This document shows, one piece after another, positions 1 to 24,509 of a stretch of 64,000 bases of DNA. The stretch's first letter is position 1; every line of letters starts with the position of its first letter. The stretch spans positions 2,957,098 to 3,021,097 of the forward strand of contig CAVNZM010000011.1 of assembly GCA_963693365.1 (NCBI GenBank), in the 5' to 3' direction. A program made the translations under genes and the position numbers. This stretch comes from Amoebidium appalachense. Its lineage: Eukaryota > Protista > Ichthyosporea. The notes beneath the pieces were generated by a model that saw only the letters and a program-made list of their open reading frames with translations, was not told the DNA's origin and made no database searches.

Positions 1-297
1 AGATGCTGGCTTTACTTAAAAGGGGAGAAAAATGCTCGAGATTTATGAGTACGAGATGATTTGCTATGAAGCAACTATTCATTTACCACCGCACATATCT
101 TTCCCTTGTCAACTGATCATTCACCACCGATTCCCCCGGTACCCACTCACTGACTTTCTTCCAAATTTCGCACCACCAACTGATTGGCTCTGCTGAATTT
201 CACCCGCCCCCTCACTATCTCCTATAACTCACGCCCACTCACTGACTCTCTCCTGAATTTTAAAACCCACTTACCGACTATCTCCCGATTCTTACAG

Positions 298-763
298 ATA
301 TCCGCGGCTGACCATCCACACGGATCTCCTTGATGCGCACTTCTACATCTTCCAGCACTGGGTGATCGACTATATAGCCAACACACCAATCACATCCATC
401 CGATCAGACCTGGTACCGACCCTCGTCAGAAAACAGTTCCGCCCACCAAAAGGAACGCCGGAAAAACCGACAGGTACAAAAACCTTATCCCTCGCCCCCC
501 TCCCCCTCCCCCGCTCCCCTCCCCCCGAGAATGGGTTCTGTTTATGCTGCATGCCCGATGCGTTGCTGATGTTGCCTCATGAATGTTTGCATGTGTTCTG
601 TACATGTTTTCTCGTCGGGTAGTTGTACTTCCTACCGTGTTCGGCATTCCCCCTCCCCCCTCCCCCCACCCCCCGAGGGACTCTGCTTATTATGCATGCT
701 TTTCATGTGCCGTCTGCAGTCTGTATTATGTTGCCTGTTATGATTTGGTACTTCACAATCTAA

Positions 764-814
<51 letters not shown>

Positions 815-2251
815 ACTCGCCCCCCCCCTCCCCCCCCCCCCCCCCTCCCCTCCCCTCTCCTTCCCCTCCACACCACAGATCTGTACAACTCTGTGCCACA
901 AGAGCCCAACGTGAGCCTTCTCATGTCATCGTCCCCCTACGATGCCACGGACCGCGTGCGCTGCTTCATGTACCACACAGACAACTTCTGTGCTAGGGTG
1001 AACACCGTGCCTCGTTACCTCGAAGTCAATAGGCTGGTACGTGCGTGTTCGGGTGTGGTGGTGGTTGTGTGGCTGGGGGCAGTGTGCTTGGGGTTGGATT
1101 GCGGAGGGGGGGCAGGTGATGGGGAGAGGGAGGTAGGGGAGGGGAGGGGATGGGATGGATGGGGGGGGGAGAGGGGGGGGGGGGGGAGGAGGGGGGAGGG
1201 GGCGGTGGTGGTGTGTTGTGGGGGGGGAGGGTGGTGGGAAGGGGGGCAGGGGGAGGGAGAGAGGAGGAGGACAATGTACATTCGCTCGTGCGTGCCCGCA
1301 TGCCTGCGTTTGTGCATGCCTGCCTGCCTGCCTGCCTGCCTGTCTGCCTGCCTGCCTGCGTGGTGTTGTTATGACCTGCATGTTACTGTGTACATGGTTT
1401 TCGGTTGACGTGCTCATGTGCAAGGGCTTGTTCTGACGGCTATGTGTGTTTGTGCCTGGCCAACACATTTGGCACAGGTCGGTGGCACACACAATCATTG
1501 TATCTCTTTGAGACGGTAGCAACCACGTGCACATGTGTGTGTATGCACATGGTGCATCAGGAATGCCGATGCTCACTGTGTGCACAGATAGTGCAGAGCC
1601 CATTGGTCGACGAAAAGTTCCTCATTCAATCAGGCGGCGACATCAGCAAAAAGACTGCTGTATGTTCCCCCCCTCCCCCTCCCCCCCCCCCCCCCCCCCC
1701 TCCCTCCCCCCTTTCCCTCCCCCCCCCCCCCCCCCCCTCCCCCCCCCTCCCCCACACACACACACACACCCGGAAAAAAGACGAGAACAAAAAACTACCA
1801 ACACCACCACAACCGATGTAAGACTTACCTGTTCCTGCACCTTTACCAGTGCAAAGAAGCACATGCATGCACAGATACAGAACCAGCTGACGTGCCGTTC
1901 ATTTACCATCACCATGAGTCGAGATGGCCTCACTAAATCGCCCGCTTATTCACAATAGCCACTTCTGCTTATGCTTATCCACCCTGCTGTTCTCTCACAC
2001 ACACTGTTCACCATGCACTAGTACTAGCATGTACACATATGGATTACGTTGCTTCGGCTGGAACATACACGTGTCTGTTCATACACACATGCACGCACAC
2101 TTGCACACACACACATACACACACAGATTCACGCTCACACACTCACTCACGCTCTCACACTCGCACCCACACAATCACACCTACCCATCCACCTACCCAC
2201 CCACCCACTCACTCACCCACTCACCCCCCCGCCCGACACACACCAAATGCA

Positions 2252-2317
<66 letters not shown>

Positions 2318-2372
2318 CACTCACACTCACACACACACACACACACACTCACACTCACACTCACACTCACAC

Positions 2373-2422
<50 letters not shown>

Positions 2423-3538
2423 TCACACACACACACACACATGCAGATCGGCAAGGACAGCATGGTTGGTGTGGGCTGCAAGATAGGTGACCGGTGCAGT
2501 GTCAAGAAGTCCATCATTGGCAACCACTGTGTGATTGGCCACAACGTCAAGATCACTAACTCCGTGCTCATGGACTATGTGAACGTCCAGGACAAGTGAG
2601 ATTCCCCTCCCCCTCCCCCCCCCCCCCCTCCCCCCCTCCCCACCTCCCCACCCTCTTCCCCCCCCTCTCCCTCCCCAACCGTTCCCCCTCCACACCCCCT
2701 CCCCCCTCCTCTTTGCCACCCATACTGGAAGTTTATAAACACAAAGACACACAGACAGTTTCACATTGGCTTTCTCGTTCCCCTCACTTCACTTGAATAC
2801 TATGGTACTGACTCGCACACTCAAAAGCACACATGTATACACGCATGTAGGCACGCACATTCGCAGAGCACGCTCGCGCGCGCGCACACACACACGCATA
2901 CACACGCACGCACACACGCACATACACACACACACACACACGCACATGCACACGCACACACGCACACATACACACACGCACGCGCGTGCGCGCACACGCA
3001 CACGCACACACACACACATGCACACACAGTACAACCTTGAGCAACACTGTGGTGTGTAAGAGTGCCTACATTCAGACCAAGGTCGACCTGAAGGATTGCC
3101 AAGTGGGTCCCTCGTACACCGTAAAGGAAGGAAGTAAGTTATCCTCCACACCCCACCCCCACCCCACTACCCCACCCTACCCTCCCACCCATTCAAAAAA
3201 AAAAAAAAAAGAAAGAAAAGAAAGAAAGAAAGAAAGAAAAAGGGATGGGTTAAAAAAAAGTAAGGGTCGAAAGAAAGAGAAGGAGAAGAGGAAGAAAATG
3301 ATGTAAAGGCCACCCTACTTACTCCCACTACCACGGCCGTGGAACCAGTCCACTCTGATGTTTGGAATAGGGATGTCGGTTGCAAGTGTCTGTGTTGGGG
3401 TGTTCTAATGGGTGGGTGTGATCATGCGTGGATGAAAGGGCGTTTTTTTTGGGTGGGGGAGGGGGGAGGGGAAGGGGGAGGGAGGGGGGGGGGGGGGGGT
3501 CATGTTTGTTTCGCTGTCGGAGCCCACTCGTGCCCCCC

Positions 3539-3569
<31 letters not shown>

Positions 3570-3862
3570 ACCCCCACACACCACCACCACCACCACAAGC
3601 CGGTCAACCGACTCACCCTATACTTGTTACACTGCGGACACCATTACCTACCCTCCATAATACATTTCACCCCAGGGTTTCCCCGAGCTCCTTATGTGAT
3701 CTGCCCACTCACAATGAACATGCACGCACAAACACGTGCCACACACACACACACATACACGTGTTCACTCGCGCACACGCACACACATATGCACACACAC
3801 CACACACACACACGCACACTCACACTCACACACGCACACACACACGCACACACGCGCGCACG

Positions 3863-3952
<90 letters not shown>

Positions 3953-4000
3953 GCCACCACCAAGAACGAGTCTCTCGTTGTCAACCAGGAATACTTGTAG
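298..4000 (+). CDS. EIF2B3: Translation initiation factor eIF2B gamma subunit, 3' exons (5' part lies outside the window)
   Basis: GT-AG exons 298-473, 879-1036, 1588-1659, 2447-2595, 3030-3133 and 3954-4000 join in frame. They encode [57 protein letters not shown] and a left-handed beta-helix ([39 protein letters not shown]), ending [12 protein letters not shown]. These match recalled eIF2B-gamma motifs. Confidence 0.9.
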
Positions 4001-4423
4001 CCACGTCTGATGCATTTGCTGCTACCGCTGGCCTTTCGCGAAAGGTACAAACTTCCAGTCGTAAGGCGGATTACTTCTGTGTTTTTGCTTTTCTTTCTCT
4101 CTCTTTCTTTTTTTTTTCTTTTTTTGAGGCTTCTTGACTCGTAACCTTGCTGAGTTCAGCCGTGCTGTATTAGAATTGCTCCTAACATTAGGGAGTGAAA
4201 CATGGTATTGTATGAAATGAACTTGCTAGGGAAGAGGGTGGTACTGCTTACGTGCATGAGAGTGCACACTTGTATGCATTCATCCTTAGCTGTGTGTATG
4301 TCACTGCGTGTACTACAAATATGGGGAGATGGCACAAGGCGGGTCCTTTTGCCTGAGATCTTTTGATGTTTCTAGAGGTGCATTTGCACGGAGAGGGAGG
4401 GAAAGAAGGGGGGGGGAGGAGGG

Positions 4424-4457
<34 letters not shown>

Positions 4458-4707
4458 TGATGTCCTTTCGTCATCACTGAGTACGTGACAACGATGTATG
4501 ATCTGTTGATTTTCAAGCACCAGCTAAATAACCCCATATGTACTAGTGTTTGATGATGGTCATATGACTCGTGTAAATGTGTTTCTGTATTCTCAATGTC
4601 GCGGGGCCTGGCGCCTCTGTTTATCGACGAAAAGATATGGTCAAACAAGGATGGGGATCTTTGCAATGTCAATGCCTGTGTGTGTGAGTGTGAGTGTGTG
4701 TGTGTGT

Positions 4708-4741
<34 letters not shown>

Positions 4742-4900
4742 TGGGGAGGGGGGGGGGAGGAGGGGGGGGGGGGGGGGGGGGGTACTCGGCCATATATATT
4801 CAAGAATAGGTGAGACTATATATTGGCCGGAGGGAGCGGCCAATAAAGTGCAGTGATCCCCGAGACTGTAGCGCTGTACGTACCATCCATGGCCAGCACC

Positions 4901-4945
<45 letters not shown>

Positions 4946-5674
4946 TGGAGCTCCCTCCCTCCCCATGTACGTATACGATGACATGAAGTTGCTACGATTA
5001 TAGCAGTTAGGATCATTGGGTGTGATATATCAGCTCTGCAGCCCTTGCCACTGCAGCTGCATGGGTCGAGAACCCTGACACGAAAAAACATACGTACTGG
5101 TTGAACACACATATGTGCATGCATATGTACGTGCACACAGCACTGTGACCGGAAGTGCACCTACGTACACACCGCGGTACCCCCACCACACGTACGTACA
5201 CACATCATCCATATGCATGTGCATATGTGGACGCATGAAGGTGTGCTTAATAGATAAAAATATTGTACATACGGATACACGTTGGCATGTCAACAAACAT
5301 AATTACTTGGATGAACAGCACAGATCCACAACACACAAGTGTATGCATATTCAAAATTTGATGTACATGCACCAATTCTAACCTATGCACACACACGTGT
5401 GCACATGCGCACACACGTCCATCGATATAACGTAATAGTAACAATTTATTCGTACTTTTTTGTGGAGCCATATCTGCCCCATCAAATCATTATATTCACT
5501 TTACACGGAACATTGAAATATATACTGCTTTTAGATTATTTGGTGTGTGCACCCCCCCCCCCCCTCCCCCCTCCCTCCCCTCCACCCCCTTCCCCCCCCC
5601 ACCTTTAGAATCTGCATTGTGTTGTCCGTTGTGAATATGTACTTCGTACTCTGATAAAACACCATATGCATTCT

Positions 5675-5746
<72 letters not shown>

Positions 5747-6234
5747 ACACGCTGCAAAGGCACACAACATACACCCACACGTCCAGATCACATACCCAGC
5801 CATCCGCCTCCCCGAACAATTACACGCACAACCCAACCCCACCTCTAGAACACGCAATGATAGGGCACAGTCTCATGCTAACCACACGTTCGACACAATC
5901 AACCCTACTAATCCTAACACAAATCACGTTTAACACAGCTTCGAAAGTGTAAATCCTAGGCAAAAAACAATAAATACTGCTACTACCTTTAAGCAGAACA
6001 AAACAGCAACTGATATATATTAACAAGAACATACCATTTGGGAATAGGCTAGGACACCATACCCTTCAGTTGAAGTTCGTACACACCATGGCCACACGTG
6101 CATCCAAACACTTTTACTATCAGCAATCGAACTGCAAATGCTGCTTATCAGATCGAATCACGAGTTCATACAACCCAGTGAACCACCAACAGCATGCACT
6201 GTACCATATACCAGCCAGACAAACTCCCCTCGGT

Positions 6235-15525
<9,291 letters not shown>

Positions 15526-17358
15526 GGTGATGTTGTGCCTGTGTGTCCAGAAAGAAAGCGATTTTTATTATTAATCTCGGCACTTCTCTAAACATATTTC
15601 CAACAAGAAAATGAGGTCTGCTAACACAGCCTACAGAGGTGTGTGTGCTTGGCCGAATATCTTACAAAGGAAAACAAAGTGCACGGAGATTTAGGGTAGC
15701 GTCACACGTCAAACACACAGAATCGAACCATACCCATTCAGGTGAGGCTATCGATTTCACTTTATTGGAGTCATGCCTCCTCCTCTCTCTCTCTCGATCC
15801 AACCCCAAATACACACGTGCACCCACACCCTTGCCCTCCCGCCGCACACTCACGCCTCATTCCCCCCCACCCCCACGGAACCCTCTTAAAAGCACCCAGA
15901 GACACAAAAACCCACCCCAGCACACGCAGAACCACTCAACTTGAAAGAGCTGCTCAAACAAGCAAAACCAGCCATACTCTCTCCGCACCTCACCCCCCAC
16001 CCCCCAAACCACCATCCACCCACCTCTCCTTCTGTGGAGAGGCTCCTGGCCAACTCTGCTTTCTAAAATCCACGCCCGCCACCGTGAAACCCACAACCAC
16101 ACAGTAACAAGTCAAAACCAAGAGAATGGTGCCGGATAAAAAATGTTATTCCTTAAGACACAATGGTGCTTGAAAAGATCCCGGTTCATTCAGTTCTTTC
16201 TTGCTATTCTATGATCAAACACTGGCTTGCCTGTGTTCGCCTTCACCTTCCATACCCTCCCCGTCCCCCTACATCCTCCCCTTCCCGTTTCTTGCAAATG
16301 CCTCCAAGTCAAAACAGGCGCTTGTGTTTTCCAGCACCCTCGCTCCCTCCTTGAACGTGTATCCGCTTTGCCCCGCTTTCCTCCCATGACTCTAAGACTT
16401 CTGGTCTTTACAAACTTAACCCCCCCCCCTCCCCCTCCCCTTCTTCCCCACCCTCCCCCCCTTCCCTCTCCCCCTCCACTCTCCCCACCTCCTCACCTTC
16501 ACATGAATGTCCATTTTCAGCCCATAACAAAAACCAGAGAATTACCAGAACAACTCACCTTGCTGGCGGCTACAGGCTGTAGTTCAATAACTCCTTGAAG
16601 CTTAACTTCCCTGTATATACCCAGCAAACGCTAACTCCAACAGGTGCAAATGATTCACTTAACTGAACTGTGTCATAAAGCAGCGAAAAACATATATAAG
16701 CTTGCTGGGAACTTCAACATGTATGTACTGAAGATTCTCCGTGAATTGCTGCTGTACAGTCTGACAGTTCACAGCTAAACTTGGGAGGAAGCCTTGAAAA
16801 AAGAGCCACCGTGACCGCAAAACCGCTGAGGCTCACTTTTCAAACTTTATTTCCTCTGTTTAAGGCGCTATTTTTCATTTCTGTGATAGACGGGAAATCG
16901 CATAAATAAATGCCTATTTATGGGCATTATATTATTTGAAAGGCTTTTAAGTTATAAATTCAATATAAATATATTAATAAAGCCTATTAGAAAAGCTTAC
17001 GATTCGGCGTTAATACGATCTAGGAGCGTTTTATGAGCCAGCCAATCAGAGGCGGCGTCTGAATCGTTCATAAATCGTGGAAGCCACGGAATTTGCAAAA
17101 CAATTCCGTTGAGCCATAACTTTACACATGAAACCCCTTTTAATGCTTTATAAACCTCCTATTGGAGCTACTTTACCAGATTTACACATCTGTACACTGG
17201 GGATTCGATCTGGCGGTGCAAAAAAAAGCCGGTGCGCGGCCGCCACTCACGGCCACAAAAACAAAACACAACGGGCGGAGTATAAAAAAGCCAAAACAAA
17301 CTTTGCTCACTCCAGTGGCCGCTCCTTCCTCTTCTCTTTCCTCTTCTGACCTAGCAAC
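15526..17358. promoter_or_regulatory. Divergent intergenic region between the ANTH (-) and ankyrin (+) genes
   Basis: Head-to-head start codons; AT-rich block ~16900-17000, CCAAT at ~17042 and TATAAAA at 17281. Confidence 0.4.
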
Positions 17359-18191
17359 ATGGGTTTTCTATCCCGCTGCTCAGCGCTTCTATGCGCTTTT
17401 CTTCTCTCTGCCGAGTTTGCTTCGGCCGACAAAAAGCTTCTTGCCCGTCTCAAAGAGTTGATAGAAAATGACGATGCAGTGACCATCCTTCAAGAAAAAG
17501 ACACTCTTTCTTCAGTAATCAACATGGGGTTTACTCCAGCGACCTCTGATTGTGAAGCCACAGCGCTAACATACGCAGTTATTAAGCACGCCAACAAGGC
17601 GCTCGCAGCTCTTCTCGAAGTCCCGAGAATCGAACCAACAAAACATTACATCCAAGCAGACAACGTGAACAAGAAATACCCCCGCATGTTTCTCCTTCAC
17701 GCCGCCGCCCTCGCCACCTCCTCCGTATCAGACACCAACCCAAACGTTCACTTTGCCAAGAAGGCGCTATGCGACACAGGAATCTTCAAGCCTGACCAAG
17801 AAACATGGGACGTGCTAAAGACCATTCCGGACCTTGATCCCAGCCAGCTAGCACAGAGCTTCGAAGACAAAGCCGTTGTTCTCCGCTATGCCCACTGCTC
17901 CCCCCTGCACTATGCGGCAATGACGTCCGACGGCAGTATTGCTGTGACTAACCTGCTGGGCATGAAGGACGTTGACGTGAATAATCCTGAGTGTGTGGAC
18001 GGGAGCAGGAAGGACCGCTACACCCCCGTGCAGCTGGCCACCCTGGCAGACAACGCAAAAGCAGTGGCTGCCTTCTTAAAGCTGAACGACCGGGTGTGTG
18101 CCCACCCTCCCCACCCTCCCAACCCCCCAACCCCCCCCCCCCCCCCCGCCCCTCCTTTCTGTTACCCCTCTCCCCTCCCCTCCCCCCTTCA

Positions 18192-18222
<31 letters not shown>

Positions 18223-19024
18223 TCTTATGAGTGCGAGGTTCGGGTGAATCTTCGTGCTCAATAAGTGAAAGAGCACCAAAAAGGGGAGGGGGGGGGGAGG
18301 GGAGGGGGCAGGGGGGTCTTAGAACATCTCTGAGAACCCCTTCATTCTTCATTTCTCCCACGTTCACCGTTGCTCCCTTCCGTCTTGGTTTGAGTCCACC
18401 CCCACCCCCCCACCCCCGCATCCCTCAGTGTGAGCATGGAGGGGCAAGGGGGGTTGGGCGGTGTTTCCACTTTCCATTTTCTGTCGGAGACAACGTGTGG
18501 CATTTTTTGTTAAGCCGCGGTTTGCATAGGTCTTAGCTGTCTAATACCACACGATGCCCAATCAGGTTCTGGATGCCTTCAACGAGAATGAGGAGAGCAT
18601 GTTGCACACTGCTGTGCAGATGGGCTACCCGTCAGCCGTGCAGGCCATCGTGTCCACCCCCAAAGGATCGGCACTTGCAAGCAAACCGTATGTCCCCCCC
18701 CCCCCGCGCCCATGCCCAAGGGTGGCCTGGGGCTTTCCTTTTCCCCTCTGTGCCTTTTACTCTAGCTATGCCTTAGCGCTCCCACACTACTACAAACACA
18801 ACCTTGCGTAACAAGCGACAGCGTAAGAGTGAATAAGCAATTGATGGAGGCAGAACAAAAGCATAGTACACGGTCACATAACAGCATCTACATACCCCTC
18901 TTCGCTAGCACAGCCTCGGTGGTCAAGATGTTTCGCTCGGTTCTTCCCTTGCCTCTCCCTGCCCACCCACTTTCCCCATCACTCTACCCAACCCCTCCTT
19001 CTCGCTCCGTCTTTGCTGGCCCCC

Positions 19025-19067
<43 letters not shown>

Positions 19068-19204
19068 ACGCCCATTCGTACCCTTCCCGGTGCCGGCAAG
19101 CACATTCGCGCAATCACACCCACTAACACACGCACACCCACCACCACCACTCCTAGAACCCATACACCCACACAACAGGAGCCCTCATGCATGCCTGTTT
19201 GTGT

Positions 19205-19245
<41 letters not shown>

Positions 19246-19600
19246 CCCCGGCCCTTTCCCTTGCTTACTTCCTCTCCACACCACTACTGTGCACCACCCT
19301 ACTCGTCTTAGTACGGTTAGTACTATTTGTGCATTCTGCCTCCATTCTTCCTTCCCTTACACCCTGGCAAGCCCCAAATTTCCCCAAAACCCCCTCCCCC
19401 CCTCCCCCCCCCTGTCCTGCACTTTGCATGATCTTCCGTCGTTGCCATCTCTCTCTCTCTCTCCCCCTCTTTCTCTCTCTCTCTCTCTCTCTTACCCTCT
19501 GTCTGTTTGCCTGTCATTCTCTCTGTCTTTCTCTTACTCTCACCCCCCCCCCCCCCCCCCCCCCCCCGGAACTCCCCCCTGCCCTCCTCTCTTTCTCATG

Positions 19601-19631
<31 letters not shown>

Positions 19632-20764
19632 ACACACACACACTCCCCACCCCCACCCCCACCCCACCCCCAATAGCTGCAAGGGCTGGGTAGGGGGATC
19701 GAACACTCTGTGCACCAACACCTGATAACATGTCTGTCCTGTCTCCGTGGTGCTCACTACTGGTTACACCTGATAACATGTCTGTCCTGTCTCCGTGGTG
19801 CTCACTACTGGTTACACCTATGTGTTAGTTTCGTGCCTCCCCCCCCCCCCCCCCCCCCCCCCCCCAAACACACACACACACACGCACACACACACACACC
19901 TCCCCCTGGCACTCTGCGTGCCTCGCAAAGTCTCAGGTTGGTCGTCGTGAATTTGTCAGTCGTAGTTTCTAGCCCAGCCTAACCAACCCTCCCCCCTCCC
20001 CTCCCCTCCCCCCTCCTTCCTCCCTCCTTCCTCCCCCTCCCCCCTCCCTCCCCCCTCCTCCCCCACCACCACCACCACCACCACCACCACCACCACCACC
20101 ACCACACACACACGCATGCAGGGACCGAGTTGGCTACAGCCCCCTTCACGTAGCAGCAATCCAGGCATACTACCAAAAGGACAACCCGTCATACGCCGAA
20201 ATCGTGAAGATTCTCCTCCCCCACATGAATAGGGAAACCGTCAATGCCAAAACCACCGACGGATACCTCCATCACGTTGTAAGCTCGAAGCTGATTGGGC
20301 CTGGGAAAACCGCACTAATGATCATGGCGATCGGAAACCGATCGGATCTAGTCGAGGTTTTGATAAACGAGGGAAAGGACAAGGTCGATCCTAACGCCGC
20401 TGACGGGGACAGCGGTTTTACCCCTCTTCATATGGCTGCGCAGTTTAACCACGCAAATGTTGCAAAACTTCTTTTAACTCACCCTGAAATCGACGCGATG
20501 GCACGTACAACGGCGGCAAAACGCCCCGCGTTGGTAACTGCGTGCAAAGCGGGAGCTGTTGATACGGTGAAGGTTTTGCTTGCGGATCCTCGTACTGATT
20601 CGAAAGCGGTGGACACCAATGGATATTCAGGGAGGGACTGGGCTACGGGTTGGATTTGGGGGAATGAGAAGATTATTGCGCTGTTCGATGAGCATGAGGG
20701 GGTGGTGAAGAAGGAGGGGAAGGCGGAGGAGAAGAAGGAAGAGGAGAAGAAAGAGGAGTTGTAG
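17359..20764 (+). CDS. Ankyrin-repeat protein with predicted signal peptide and C-terminal KEEL (ER-retention-like)
   Basis: Exons 17359-18093, 18566-18687 and 20122-20764 are GT-AG and in frame. Ankyrin motifs include SPLHYAA, TPVQLAT, SMLHTAV, SPLHVAA, TALMIMA, FTPLHMAA and PALVTAC. The N-terminus is MGFLSRCSALLCAFLLSAEFASA|DKK and the C-terminus is KKEEL*. Confidence 0.85.
19718..19818 (+). repeat. 48-bp tandem duplication in an ankyrin-gene intron
   Basis: ACACCTGATAACATGTCTGTCCTGTCTCCGTGGTGCTCACTACTGGTT occurs twice. Confidence 0.85.
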
Positions 20765-22272
20765 GTGGTGGTGGTTGTGTTTACAACTAGAGTGAAAGAC
20801 TAGACTTTTTTTTTTTTTTTTTTTTTTTTTGGGGGGTGGTGGTTGTAAGGAGGGGAGGGGGGGGGGGGGGGGGGGCTTGGTAAGCATTTATGTGGTAACA
20901 CCTTCTCCTGGCATCACTTACCGTCTATGGGCATGTACTAGCCCGACTGGAGAAGCTTGCTATCCTAAAAAAGAATTAACCTTACCGACTGTAAACGCGT
21001 TATGTAGAGACATGGTGGAATTTGAATGGATAATTATGATTTGAATGAATATGAAGCCCTGGGTTGACAATACACCTACTCTGATCATACAGGGTTTTGT
21101 ACTACCATATTGTCGTTCACTTTTATTGGTTGGTAAGACATGTCAACTTGTTGGTTAGAATGAGCATAACCAAAAAAGAAAGGAAGGAATGCACAAATTT
21201 AGTGTTGTAATCAAACGTAAGAGGTAGAACCTCAAAAACCGGTTTGACGCTGAAAATGAAAACTTTTGACACAAATAAATTCTTATGTGACACAAATTAA
21301 TTCTTATGTGTCACTTTTATCCCAAGTATCATGCAGCGATACGGGTGCTTTTCGACATGTGCCATGGGAATGGCTCTACATACTTAGCTTTAATCGTGAA
21401 ATGTTATGTGTGAAAGGACCTTAAAATGCCAAACCGGGACTGAAAGGCCTGGCTACGTGTAGCCTTAAAGGGTGCAGATCACACGGAAAGCACTTGCTAC
21501 AAATGCAAGAAACGGAAAACCGTAAGGGAAAGCTAGCTGAGTCTCTTCTTCTTATGTTCTAAGCCAATGAGGGCCACCAGGGGGAAGGGGAGGTGGGGGG
21601 TGGGGGAAGGGGGATGGGATCGTGAGCCTAACCTCAAAAATGGTGCAAGGCTGCACGATGAAATAGGTGTTTTGAACTCTGTGTTGGGGCGAGGAATGAA
21701 AGGTTATATATGACCATGAGAGATCATACATGCGCAGTGCACATATGCCGCGGGTGTGCATGTTTGTGTGCTGGTGGGATCCGGTGGGTCTATGTACTCC
21801 AATATATGAGGAGAGCCTCTTCTGAGCTAGCACTAGCCTCTTGCTATAGCTACTGCAAGTCCGACAATTTGTGGGCAGATGATCATTCATGGAAGTATGT
21901 ACATGTCTGCTGTGTGTGGGGTCGCCGTGGGCCGCGAAGGGATCAAAAAGAGTGGTGGTGGCCGTGGCCGTGTGTGTGCACGTGTGTGTACATGTGTGTG
22001 TGTGTGTGTGTGTGTGCGGGGAGGGGGTGGGGAGAGGAGGGGGGGGGGGGGGTCATAATTTAGCTACGGGAAAGTTGTTTGCATTCGCCTGGTTAGAAAT
22101 CAAGGCACAGACGCCCCTTAGGCTAGTCATATCACGCATTCTTGGGGACTTAGCTATAGGTACCCGCTACTAGGAGATATGTATCTCGCAATGTACCGAA
22201 TAGATAAAACTGTACACATGCACACAGCAACCCCCCCCCCCCCCCCCCCCCCCCTTCCCCCTCCTCCTCCTC

Positions 22273-22325
<53 letters not shown>

Positions 22326-22452
22326 GGGCCCTCGTCCTCCTCCTCCATGCCCCTTAAAAAAAGAAGATCTGCAGACAAATTGACCCATAGCCTCAATAAA
22401 CCACCGTGCATCAATTTGTGTAACTATTTGTTTTTAATATTCTGGTGCCTTG

Positions 22453-22523
<71 letters not shown>

Positions 22524-22969
22524 TCGTGGCTTGTTAGTTGAAAGTCGCCTATCTAGCCTATGGTGGAGCTTATACGGGGGATATGTACATCACTTTTACG
22601 AGCATCGTTTGATTATATGCCCATAATAAAATGTCTATTCATACCAACTACGTAATGGATCAACATCCACATACAGGTGCTATTTTAGTGTTGTACCGTG
22701 GGCTTCTATTTATTCTTCCGTAATTATAACACAATTACCTAGAACAAAAAGTGGGAAATAAGCAGCCGGGAAGAGGAAAGGGTACTAAGTATTTCATGCT
22801 CACTAGGTTTGTTGTCACTAGCACACTATGCAGTAGTCACACAAGTTTGCATAATGGCACTCTACAATCCGCTCAGACCACATAGGAAAGACAATACAGT
22901 CCAAAAACCTAAACCTGCCTAGCCAGCAATGTGTGCCCCCAGGGAGAGGGATGTGTCCCAAACCGATAT

Positions 22970-24271
22970 TCATGCCGATGGTTGGATAAGTCGAAGAAGT
23001 CTGCCCGCTGCAGTCTCCACACTGTGTGTGTGTGTGTATGTGTGTGTGTGTGGGGGGGGGGGGGGGGGGGGGGAGGAGAGAGAGAGAGAGACCGGGGGGG
23101 GGGGGGGGTTGTGTGTGTGCACGTGTGTTGTGTGTGTATATGTGTGTGTGTGTGACATGTGTGTGTGTGTGTGTGCCGGCATGGACGTGTGCATGTGTGG
23201 CTGTGTGTACACCCAAGTTCTGTATATTAGTGCTTGTGCATGTGTGTCTCTGGCGTCCAGCATACACTCAAGCAAAGTATCTTATCGTGTGGCCGCAAAG
23301 TGCAAGTGTCCATGTGCAGTGATCGAGTTCAAACTACTTAGTCTAACGAGCGTGCTTTTTGCTGTTTGCGATTGTTGATTATAGGAAGAGGAATAAAGTG
23401 CGTGACCAAGAGAAGCAATAGCCAGGAACATACCCAAACACGAGTTCAGGTAAGTGCGGTTTACAGCCTACACTTCACAATCCCGTCTCCCTGAGCAATC
23501 CACAATATGCTGGCAAATAAAGCAAGTAAGAGTACATACAAATGGTAGTATGAATACTTGTACGGTGTTTCACATACGTGCGGGATGAACAGGGGGGGAG
23601 GAGGCGGGGGTGGGGTCGTGGTGGTGGTGGGTTGGGGGGGGGGGGGGGGGGGGGGGGAGGGGTGAGAGGGTCAGAGAGAGGAAACAAGACAGGGGGGGGG
23701 GGGGGGGGGGGGATGAATGCGGAACACGGTACGAAGTACGCATACACGATGAGAAGCATGGTGCAGGACACGTGCAAAGGCAAACATTCAAGTATGCAAC
23801 ATCAGCCATGCGCACAGTATGCGTCATAAGCAGAGCCCATCCTCAGGGAGGGCCCAAGTCATCAATTGCGTCTGAGTTTGGGTCTTTGCCGTACATACCA
23901 GGTGACAATCTCTGCACCAATCAGATCGGCTATGTGGAATTGCACCGGCAGCTTGGAGCTTTTCAGCTTCCGCTTCTCCAGATCCTGTTTTTTGCAAACA
24001 AGGACAAAAAAGGGAGGGCTAGTTAGCGCCACTTTAACATGTAAAAACGATGGAGAGGGTTACTTTATTTTATTGGGAATGGGAAGAAACGGGGAGGAAG
24101 GGGTGGTGGTGGTGGTGGTGATGGTGGTGTGTGGGTGGTGCGGGGGGAGGGGGGAGGGAGGGAGGGGGGGGGGGTTGACGTACGGACTCAAGCATTTCTT
24201 TGTATTTGTTCCGCCGAATGATTTGAAGAAGTTCAGTCCGTCCGGCATAGAACTGCTTGGTGAACAGCCCG

Positions 24272-24354
<83 letters not shown>

Positions 24355-24474
24355 TGTGATTGTGGGTGTGAGTGTGAGTGTGAGTGTGAGTGTGTGTGAG
24401 TGTGTGTGTGTGGGAGGGGGGGGGGGGGGAGGGGGGGAAGGAAGGAGGGGGGTACGTGGGCGCCAGTGCGTGCA

Positions 24475-24509
<35 letters not shown>

